Assembly: GCF_006345805.1 (NCBI RefSeq)
Contig: NC_043007.1
Coordinates: forward strand, 53,320,001 to 53,384,000
Direction: 5' to 3'
DNA from: Octopus sinensis
Taxonomy: Eukaryota
DNA: 64,000 nucleotides
The first letter of the stretch is position 1, and the number at the start of each line of letters is the position of its first letter. Made by a program: the position numbers and the translations under genes. Under the pieces are notes generated by a model. That model did not search any database. It was not told the origin of the DNA and saw only the letters and a list, made by a program, of their open reading frames with translations. Of the stretch, positions 36,333 through 47,143 are shown in pieces.

Positions 36333-36911
36333 TATATATATATACATATACATATACGTACACATACACACATACATCCATATACACATGTACATATGCA
36401 CCCATTTACATACATCTACGTACCCGCCCATATCCATACTCATACATACACTCATATCTCTACACACATATATAAGAAAATATAAATGTAAATATAAACA
36501 CAAAAACAAATATAAAGGAGGATATACACCCCCATACTCACACGCTCACATATCTATATATATATATATATATATACACACACATATATATATATATATA
36601 CACACACATATATATATATATATACACACATATATACATACACATACATATGCATATACATGCACACACATACACACACGTTTCTTCCCTAATTTTAATT
36701 TTATCTTTATCTTTATTTTTATTTTGACCTCGACTCACCAGGCCAGCTCTCCCAAGGGAGCAAGCCTGGTCGGCCTAAAGACACCATTTATTGCCCTTCT
36801 CCCTTCCTTTCTATCTTTTTTCCACTGATACGAACACAAACACTCACACACGCACATCCACACACATGCACACTCATACACATACACAAACGCACGTGTT
36901 ATATTCATACA

Positions 36912-37304
36912 CTAGCAGTATCGCCCGGCGTTGCTCGGGTTGTAAGGGAAATAACTATATAAGCATTTTTAGAGAGTTATAGCCAAAAAATAGCAAAAAA
37001 AATGCATTAAAAATTGAAAAAAAATTAAGGTAAATTTTTTTTAAATCGTTGACACATCGTAGATATTTTTAGAGAGTTACTTCCCTTATATAAAAGCGAA
37101 AAAATGCATTAAAATGGAAAAATATGATGGTAAATTTTTTTTAAATCGTAGACTCATCGTAGACGCGCGCTAATACCCAGAAGGGCTCGATATAAATCAC
37201 GACTATAAGATACCCGCTTTTGGTTAAACTGCACCGCAAAATGTGGGAGTAATTACGAATGTAAATCGAAGGGACAGACACACAACTTCACTCTTATATA
37301 AAGA
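36912..37304 (-). mobile_element. Non-autonomous Helitron (393 bp)
   Basis: Minus strand A|TC...hairpin CCCGAGCAACGCCGGG...CTAG|T, inserted at an AT dinucleotide without TSD. Confidence 0.85.
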
Positions 37305-37599
37305 TGCTTTTTTTTTCAGTCATAGAGTTAGATTTATGAAGGTCTTCAGTAGAAAATCCTCGAATTCTGACTTGCTGCTTGATATAATGAAATTCGTATC
37401 AATTTTTTGTCAGAATTACAAATTTTGAAAACACAACAGAACAAATTTCGGAAAAAAATCTCCCATAATTCACGGAATTAAAATTACACTTCGTTTTTGT
37501 ACAAAACTGTATTTGAAGTGTTTACGAAGTATAATACGTGTTTTCACGAATGTACTAAAGAGATTTACTCTGATATTCTCATTTAAATATGAATAGGTA

Positions 37600-37628
37600 A
37601 ATTCGGGCGGTTTGGTAACGAAAGGGTT
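37600..37628. mobile_element. Possible piggyBac-type MITE terminus
   Basis: GGGCGGTTTGGTAACGAAAGGGTTTTA resembles a reverse CCC-start TIR next to a degraded TTAA; partner end not found. Confidence 0.3.
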
Positions 37629-37797
37629 TATATAAGTGTCGTCTGTCTATACATAAACACTGTTTCATAGTTTCAGTTTAGTCTTCCTCAAATCACTGTC
37701 GCTAATTTACTCTCTTCCAAGAACATTTTCACTCACTGTTATCTGTTAGCTTCCCATACATTTTACTCAGCGTGATAGACAGAAACAAATATTACAT

Positions 37798-38069
37798 TTA
37801 CTTTCATTTTATTCGTTGCCCACTGTGTGTGTGCGTTTGCGTGTAGTGTAAACCAGACTAAGAAAAGCATTTGACACACACACCAGAATGTGAGTTTTCT
37901 GTAAATTTTGCTTAATTGGAGTTTAAATTTTAAAAACTGGACCTGGCATGACGCGATGCATTGTACTCTTAAAACTGCTAGGTAAATTGTAATTGAAGAA
38001 ATCCTATATTGTAGATTTCTATACTCCCAAAGGGAGGCAGCTAAAATCTGCCTTTTATAATAAGAGATA
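37798..38069. repeat. 272-bp direct repeat, second copy at 41276-41547
   Basis: TTACTTTCATTTTATTCG...ATAAGAGATA, nearly identical at both sites. Confidence 0.92.
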
Positions 38070-38138
38070 TATATATACATATATATATATATATACATAA
38101 TATACATATATATACATATATATACATATATATATATC

Positions 38139-38169
<31 letters not shown>

Positions 38170-38170
38170 C

Positions 38171-38202
<32 letters not shown>

Positions 38203-38274
38203 CATATGTAGATATATTATACATATATATATATACGTATATATATACATATATATATATACATATATTACATA

Positions 38275-38306
<32 letters not shown>

Positions 38307-38372
38307 CATATATACATATATATACATATTATATATATATAATATAATATATATTACATTATATATATATAC

Positions 38373-38403
<31 letters not shown>

Positions 38404-38466
38404 CATATATATATATACATATATTATATAATACATATAATATATACATATATATATATATATAAC

Positions 38467-38499
<33 letters not shown>

Positions 38500-38842
38500 C
38501 ATATATATTATATACATATATATATCATATATATATATACATATATATATGTATATATATATATATACATATATATATACATATATATAATATATGTATA
38601 TATGTATATATATATATATACATACATATATATATACATATATAGTATATATATACATATACTAACAATATATATAATACATATTATATATACATAATAT
38701 AATATACATATATATATACATATATATATATACATATATATATATACATATATATACATATATATTATACATACTATCTATAATATTTACTTATATATAT
38801 AAATATATATATATACATACATATATATACATATATATATAC

Positions 38843-38875
<33 letters not shown>

Positions 38876-38881
38876 CATATA

Positions 38882-38928
<47 letters not shown>

Positions 38929-39032
38929 CATATATATTATATACATATATATATACATATATATATATACATATATATATATATACATATATATAATATA
39001 TACATATAAATATATACATATAAATATATATC

Positions 39033-39065
<33 letters not shown>

Positions 39066-39120
39066 CATAGATATATAATACATATATATATAACATACAT
39101 ATATATATACATACATATAT

Positions 39121-39163
<43 letters not shown>

Positions 39164-39358
39164 TACATATATACACATACACATATATACATATATATAC
39201 ATATATATATATATAATACATACATATATATATACACATACACATATATACATATATATACATACATTATATATATACATACATATATATATATACATAC
39301 ATATATATATACATATATATATATATACATATATATACATACATATATATATACATAC

Positions 39359-39390
<32 letters not shown>

Positions 39391-39413
39391 ACATATATAT
39401 ATATATATATACC

Positions 39414-39460
<47 letters not shown>

Positions 39461-39490
39461 CATATATATATATATACATATATATATATA
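38066..39490. repeat. ~1.4-kb degenerate (TA)n/(TACATA)n microsatellite
   Basis: Directly visible; source of the Y/I-rich spurious ORFs. Confidence 0.97.
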
Positions 39491-39492
39491 CA

Positions 39493-39882
39493 CTAGCAGT
39501 ATCGCCCCGCGTTGCTCGGTTTGTAAGGGAAATAATTATATAAGCATTTTTAGAGATGTAAAGTATAATAGCCATCTCAATATGGCTAACCACAAAGGGG
39601 GAGGGTGTTACTGTAGCTTTTTACGTTCTGAGATTTAATAATAATTTTAGAGAGTTGCTTCCCTTATATATGTCAAAAATGGATTAAAAATGGGAAAAAT
39701 TGATGGTAAATTTTTTAAAAATCGTATACTCATCGTAGACGCGCGCTAATACCCAGACGGTCTCGATATGAATCACGACTATATGATACCCGGTTTTGGT
39801 TAAACTGCACCGCAAAATGTGGGAGTAGTTAGGATCTAAATCGTAGGAGACGGACACACAACCTCACTTTTATATATAAAGA
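39493..39882 (-). mobile_element. Non-autonomous Helitron (390 bp), relative of 36912-37304
   Basis: Same CTAG/hairpin 3' end and TCTTTATATA 5' end; shared internal ATCGTAGACGCGCGCTAATACCCAG block. Confidence 0.85.
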
Positions 39883-40051
39883 TTTCCTCTATTTACATAA
39901 TATGAGGTCTCTTTCTTTCTTTTGTTATCTTACTGTTTTTAACCATATACATAATATATATATATATATATATATAAATTATATATAGTTACAGAGATGT
40001 ACTTGCATAGCAAGTGACTTGATCTGAGATCGTGTGCTGGAACGAAAACAG

Positions 40052-40305
40052 TTGCAGCGTTGAAGGTGTTTATAAGCCATTTAAGAAACACAAAAACCGT
40101 TAGATTCACTTCAACATTTAATTTATTTGTCAAAATATTTTCATCGCTTTGAGACCGCGACCTGTTAGCACGATATTTTTGTCAGTGAACAGGTCGCGGT
40201 CTCAAAGCGACGAAAATATTTTGGCAAATTAAATTTAAATGTTGAAGTGAATGTAACGGTTTTTGTGTGTTTCTTAATGGCTTACAAACACCTTCCACGC
40301 TGCAA
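40052..40305. repeat. ~115-bp-arm imperfect palindrome of PLE pseudo-LTR sequence, 21-nt spacer
   Basis: 40052-40166 versus 40188-40305, reverse-complementary with a few mismatches. Confidence 0.9.
40178..40228 (+). ncRNA. Minimal type I hammerhead ribozyme, G3:C8 variant
   Basis: TTTGTCA | GTGAACA (40185-40191) G | GTCGC-ggtctcaaa-GCGAC | GAA | AATATT palindromic stem III | T | TGGCAAA pairs with TTTGTCA. Confidence 0.65.
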
Positions 40306-40404
40306 TATATATATACACACATATATATATATGTATGTATGTATGTATGTGTGTATATGTGTATGCATGTATGTGTGTGTGTGTGCGTGTCTGTGCTTGT
40401 GATT

Positions 40405-40612
40405 GTCCTCACCCACGCTTGACAACGAATGTTGGTTTGTTTACATCCCTGTCACCTAGTGGTTTGACAAAGGAAACAGATAGAATAAGTACAATGCTTA
40501 CAAAAATAAAAGTGGAGTTGATTCATTAAACTACAATTCTTCAAGGCATTGCCCCAGCATGGCCACAGACCAATGGCTGGAAAAAGCAGAAGAATAAAAG
40601 AATACATTCTCT
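40405..40612 (+). repeat. Degenerate SINE 3' half
   Basis: Similar to 54530-54712 (..GATAGAATAAGTAC..CCAGCATGGCC..AATAAAAGAATA). Confidence 0.7.
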
Positions 40613-40659
40613 GCTTTGGTCAAGGCATGAGAAAGCTTGAGTTTACATGAGAAGGCCTA

Positions 40660-41035
40660 ACAGACCTGGTAGAAACAGCAGCCAAATCTCCCTCAAATTA
40701 CACCTTACTGTCTTATCTATGTATATATATATATGAGCCAATGAGGGGGACCTCTACATGGTAGCTAGACCTGGTAGAAATAGCAGCCAAATTTCCCCCA
40801 AATCACACCTTACTGTCTTATCTATGTATATATGTATGTATGAGCCTATGAGGGAGACCCCTACATGGCAGCTAGACCGGGTAGAAATAGCAGCCAAATT
40901 TCCCCCAAATCACACCTACTGTCTTATCTATGTATATATGTATGTATGAGCCTATGAGGGAGACCCCTACATGGCAGCTAGACATGGTAGAAATAGCAGC
41001 CCAATCTCCCTCAAATCACACCTTACTGTCTTATC
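40660..41035. repeat. Minisatellite, ~107-bp unit, ~3.6 copies
   Basis: Units start at ACATGG 40756, 40863 and 40969, with a partial unit from 40660. Confidence 0.93.
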
Positions 41036-41683
41036 TTTCTGCTACTTGGATATAGGTGTATATTCGTCGTAAAAAACTTTCCTATCACACACTCACGCAC
41101 ACGCACACACACACACACACACCACCCTCACACACACACACACGCGCGCACAACCCACACACACCCACTCACACACACGCACGTTAGCTTACAATTTTAT
41201 TATATATTTGCGTGTGTATGTGTGAAAGAGGAAGTGGGAAGCAGAGTGAAAGAATCACTCACTACAGTAAGTCAATTACTTTCATTTTATTCGTTGCCCA
41301 CTGTTGTGTGCGTTTGCGTGTGGTGTAAACCAGACTAAGAAAAGCATTTGACACACACACCAGAATGTGAGTTTTCTGTAAATTTTGCTTAATTGGAGTT
41401 TAAATTTTAAAAACTGGACCTGGCATGACGCGATGCATTGTACTCTTAAAACTGCTAGGTAAATTGTAATTGAAGAAATCCTATATTGTAGATTTGTATA
41501 ACTCCCAAAGGGAGGCAGATAAAATTTGCCTTTTATAATAAGAGATACATAAGTGTACCGACTTTCACATAAACGTACACATAACTATGTACACACAAAA
41601 CCACATACACATATATATACATATACATATATATACACATATATATACATACACATATATATATATACACATACACGCACACA

Positions 41684-44600
41684 CATTCTTTTTGCTTTCC
41701 TCCAACAGTGAAGATAGTAATGAGAGACGATATTGCTACATATAGCCTCTTGCCAGACGTTTTGTCATAGACAAAACGACGATAAAAATTTTTTTTTTTT
41801 TCTTTTTTTTTCTTTTTCTTTAAAAAGTTCCTTCCTCAGCGTTCTTGTGTCAATCAATCCGTAACTTATGTTGGCCGCATAGTATATCAGAATGGCTGCG
41901 TATTTGAGGGGTCACCAGTAAAACGGGATCACATGTGGTCGCATCATATAGATAATACAATCGCACGCGATCCCATTCTTGTTGAGTTAGACAAACCATT
42001 TATACATGCGGCACAATAGAACATAAGGGATTGACAACAAGTCACTGTTTGAGAGGCAAGATAAGATTTTATTTACAATGAAGTTAAGGTTGGAAGTGTA
42101 TGGGAGCATGCAACACGTGTTTGTGTCTGTGTGTTAGTGTGCGACAGAACAATGAATGTGGTTGACATAGAAAAGTACCTGATGGTGGAAGATAGCAGTC
42201 TTTGGTTGTTGAGCGTACATTGGCATAGTGGTTAAGGAACCCTTGTATCATTTTGTTGTTTAGCGCTGTCTCTGAAGCTAGTTCTTACAAGAACTAAAGA
42301 CAGGTAATTGATTTACTGTTTATGAGGTACACGACGTGTAATAGTTTGTAGTGATCCTACAACGGCGCGCGTTCGCGCACCGTCCATTTGTATTTCGCGC
42401 GTGTTGGTGCCTTCACCAAGGCACAGAAAGGAAGGGCCCTCTCGCGCATGCACGAACCACCGGAAGCACGACCCTGGCCAAGGCAGGGGGATCGTAGAAC
42501 GTTTGACACTAGCAGCAGCAAGCGGCGACTTGGGACCCAGCGATTGAAGCGGCGGTCACGCATATATATTCTCTCCGTTGATAGCAGCAGTCGGCCGAAT
42601 GCCTTTAACCAAATTGTTGCCGACCACATTCAACTTCCCTGTTCGACGCCATCTTGACCCCTTTCTGGTTTAGCGGCTGGACATTGTAAATATTACAATC
42701 TATTAACTTCAGCCTTGCGCGCCCAGAATCAAGGACATCAGATAACACACTTATTGTTATGTTACCAAGAAAGAGAATAAGTAGTTATATATTTCAACGT
42801 CTGCGTCTTGTTGTTTCTGACTAGTAGAATTCTGGACAGTAAAGCAACGGCTAGTGAGTGATTGCTTTCTTGTACCCCGAAAGTACAAGATCAGATATTC
42901 ACATCACTCACTAAGTTCGTTTCACTGGTGACCCCGACGTGATTCTGGTCTAAAACCAGAGATCACTTATCAACAAAAAAAAAAATCCAGTTTTTCTGCG
43001 AAGTCGGAACACGATTAACTCTACGCATTCATCTTTCGACGATTTGTTTCCGGCCACCACAAACAGTTGTAGAAGGAGCCTCTTTCTTATTCTACAGCCA
43101 TGATGACGGACGCCATCATCTATTCGATGCCTCTTCTCCACCTTCGTCATCATCATCGTCGTCTGTCTACTTCACGTCGTCGCTATCTTCGTCGCCATCA
43201 TCACTAAGAACGATGTTGTCCCAAGTCCACTACAGTCGCCTTCCTCCACCACCGTCGCCTTTCAACACCGTCGACCTCCACAAGATGTACATAGCAACTC
43301 GCGGAACTTTAGCGTGCACGCTGTTTTGTGCATATGCACACCAAGAATTCACAGCCCAGCACTATCTATGAGATTTCTTCTGTTCCAGTTAACCTGTCAC
43401 AGCATTGAAGCCACAACCGCTACACGATATGTGTTCAATCGGCATCTGCATTTGTGATCTCAACATTCTGTTACAGAACGAACTGCTATTTGTACATCAG
43501 GCTATTACAGACTGGTAAATTAACTCTTGTCTGAAATAGCACATGAGAGACATTTTTCTATGCGCTGTATTTTTTGTATTTTGCTCGCATTCACCTTGTA
43601 TGTATTTCTGTCGCACACACGTACACACACATAAATGCTCTCTCTCACATACATACGTCACACATGCTTTTCTCGCTTGTTTTTTTCCATGCTGAATTTG
43701 CTTTTGTGGACACCCTCTTTCTATAGACCTAGCGGTCACGTATACATAGAGAGGGTTGTTTGTCCATTATAACGCGCCAGCATGTCATACTTTTGTTCCT
43801 ATACGAACGAAGCATATAATCGCTTAACCACTGGCATATTCATTTGCTGTTTTTCGGTCTGGCAAGCTCTATTGCATTTCATGCGCCTCTTGCTCCGCAC
43901 GTGTACTTGCCTTGTTTTTTGCAACACGTTTGCAGTCGCTTAGTTCTTCCCGACTCATAGGACGTCGGATGTTCACATGCGCTGCGCCATGTTTAGGCGT
44001 AATTATTTTTCCCTGTTAGACCACTGTTGGTCACGTAATTAACAGAAAATTATCTGTGTCGCGCATCACACCAGCATGTTTGCACTTTTGCCTTTTGTGT
44101 TACTAGCGAGCTTCTGTCAATTCCATTTCCTCTCCTGCAGCAATTGATTTAACTGCTATTTCGCAGGATCAACTACCTTTAGAGAAGTTGGATTTTTAAT
44201 TTCGCCTAGGTTCAATAACTGTGAGTTCTGCCTTTTCTTCCGCTCCCTTCAGCGGAAGGTTCTATACTTTGTGACGTATACACTTTCATGCATGCACTCT
44301 TGATTTTGCTCATTGAGTATTTTTTCTCTTTTTCCTTTAGTAAATTTCTTGTGTATGTTATAAATTTTGCCATTATATTATTGTGTGCTATTTGGTTATC
44401 TGGTGTCCACCTTGAGTTTTGCAGTCACTACAATAAGTTTCCTTTCGTGCGTACGCACTGGAGGGGAGCCTGTAGTGATCCTACAACGGCGCGCGCTCGC
44501 GCACCGTCCATTTGTATTTCGCGCGTGTTGGTGCCTTCACCAAGGCACAGAAAGGAAGGGCCCTCTCGCGCATGCGCGAACCACCGGAAGCACGACCCTG

Positions 44601-45661
44601 GCCAAGGCAGGGGGATCGTAGAACGTTTGACCACTAGCAGCAGCAAGCGGCGACTTGGGACCCAGCGATTGAAGGCGGCGGTCACGCATATATTCTCTCC
44701 GGTTGATAGCAGCAGTCGGCCGAATGCCTTTAACCAAATTGTTGCCGACCACATTCAACTTCCCTGTTCGACGCCATCTTGACCCCTTTCTGGTTTAGCG
44801 GCTGGACATTGTAAATATTACAATCTATTAACTTTCAGCCTTGCGCGCCCAGAATCAAGGACATCAGATAACACACTTATTGTTATTGTTACCAAGAAAG
44901 AGAATAAAGTAGTTATATATATTTCACGTCTGCGTCTTGTTGTTTCTGACTAGTAGAATTCTGGACAGTAAAGCAACGGCTAGTGAGTGATTGCTTTCTT
45001 GTACCCCGAAAGTACAAGATCAGATATTCACATCACTCACTAAGTTCGTTTCAAGTTCAATATCAAGATGTTGTGTCTCGGAGCTGACATCTGTTGAATC
45101 GCTTGTTGCGTTTATCTTTCTCTTGATATGAATATACTCCAGATATGTTAACTGTAGCCGTTTTTTCCGTGGTGAGATTTCACGCAAACAATATGAGTTG
45201 GTTTTGTAGCCATCTTATGTACGAGCTAAAGCTTCGTAGGTAGCGACGGAGTTGGTGATGCCGTTATGTCTGGTTATATGGTTTCCGACCAAGACCTTAG
45301 AAGGTCTTAAGCCGACAGACGAGCTCTGTGGTCAGAGACTTAGCTCTGAAAAGAACTAAAAGCCTAAGACGAATATTTGTCTGAAAAACCTTCTTTATAT
45401 AAGGTTTATACGGCTCCAAATGAACTTCAGAAATGGGAAGCTGTGATTGGCTGCTTGGAACTATGGCGCGAAAATAAGCGGAGGAAATCGCGTCAAGTGA
45501 TAACCAGCGGTGCGAACGTAGTAGAGACCAACGTGCCAGCCAATCGAATTAGTGTTTACAACAATGTTGAACTAGCCGAAGATGTTTGTTATCTCAAACG
45601 AGATCATTCTTTTTGCTTTCCTCCAACAGTGAAGATAGTAATGAGAGACGATATTGCTACA
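41684..45661 (-). mobile_element. Non-autonomous LTR element B (~1-kb 5' LTR, ~177-bp internal region, 3' LTR truncated to 57 bp), carrying element A inside its 5' LTR
   Basis: TGTAGCAATATC start at 45661 and again at 41740 (57-bp shared block 45605-45661 / 41684-41740); minus-strand PBS TGGTGACCCC at 41917-41908; purine-rich GGCAAGAGG before the second LTR. Confidence 0.7.
42347..45053 (+). mobile_element. Non-autonomous LTR element A (complete, non-coding interior)
   Basis: LTRs 42347-42924 and 44471-45053 (TG...CA, highly similar); TSD AGTT (42343-42346, 45054-45057); 19-nt tRNA-Trp PBS 42926-42944; PPT GGAGGGGAG at 44460; no coding ORF. Confidence 0.93.
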
Positions 45662-46013
45662 ATGTGTATGTGTATGTATGTATGCATATATACATATGTG
45701 TAAATAGGTATATATGTGTATGTTTATATGTATGTATCCATCCGTATGTATGATAGGTAATTGCACGTGTATATATTTATTATTTATTATTTATTATTTA
45801 TTATTTATTATTTATTATTATTTATTATTTATTATTTGAGTATGCATGTATGTATATATGTATATGTTTGTATGCATGTATGTATTTATGTATATATAGA
45901 TACGCGTGTGTGTGTGTACTTTTATGTATGCGTATGTGTATTGGTGAATATATGTGTATATATATGAGTATTTGTGTGTGTTCGTATGTATATATATGTA
46001 TATATATGTATGT

Positions 46014-46058
<45 letters not shown>

Positions 46059-46199
46059 ATATATATATATATACATGTATATGTGTGTGTATGTGTGTAT
46101 ATGCCTGTATACCTCTGTGTGGATGTATGTGTGTATAAGGGTGTGCGTACGGATGTATATGTATGTGTATGTAGATGTGTGTGTATGTATATGTATGTG

Positions 46200-46230
<31 letters not shown>

Positions 46231-46247
46231 GTACATGTGTGTATATA

Positions 46248-46299
<52 letters not shown>

Positions 46300-46420
46300 T
46301 GTGTGTATATATGTGTGTGTATATATATATGTGTGTATATATGTATGTGTGCGTGTATTTACATACATGTATATGTATGTATATATGTGTGTGTATGTGT
46401 GTGTGTGTGTATGTATGTGG

Positions 46421-46466
<46 letters not shown>

Positions 46467-46849
46467 GTACGCCTGTGTGTTTATGTATATGTAGGTATGT
46501 AGTTTTATGTGTATGTGTATGTATGTATGTATATATACATATGTGTAAATAGGTATATAGGTGTATGTTTATATGTTTATATGTATGCATCCGTCTGTAT
46601 GATAGGTAATCGCATGTATATATATTTATATTTATTATTTGAGTATGCATGTATGTATACATGTATATGTTTGTATGCATGTATGTATTTATGTAAATAT
46701 AGATGCGCGTGTGTGTGTGTATGTGTATGCATATGTATATACATATGTATACATTTATGTATGCGTATGTGTATTAGTGTATATACGTGTATATATGTGT
46801 ATTTGTGTGCGTTCGTGTGTATATGTGTATATATATGTGTATATGTGTA

Positions 46850-46880
<31 letters not shown>
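45662..46880. repeat. Complex (TG/TA) microsatellite block with an internal ~850-bp-period direct duplication
   Basis: 45662-46050 resembles 46510-46880; 46060-46500 resembles 50580-50870. Confidence 0.8.
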
Positions 46881-47143
46881 TATGTGAAATAGAAAGATGA
46901 ATAATCTTGTAGCAGATTAATCAAAAGTTTAACCGATACCTTGGTAGCAAAAATCACAGCAGAAGACAGCACGGTTGGAGGTACAACCATATGGTGTTGC
47001 AACCGTGTATATGTGTTGGTGCGGATAATTGAAATTAAAATATTATTGGTGAATTGAAGAAATGGAGCTGAACGAAGATTGAACAGAAATCGTTTTATTT
47101 CATTTCATTCTACATACCACCGAAGGACGCCTTCCTTAAGGAG

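Noticed and set aside
40660-41035. Regularly spaced repeats that could suggest a CRISPR array
   Set aside because: Units are contiguous ~107-bp tandem copies without unique spacers, in eukaryotic DNA.
45285-45312. AAGACCTT-AG-AAGGTCTT hairpin containing GACC..GGTC
   Set aside because: Lacks the RMGTAWWY bulge and outer stem of the conserved 3' UTR motif on either strand.
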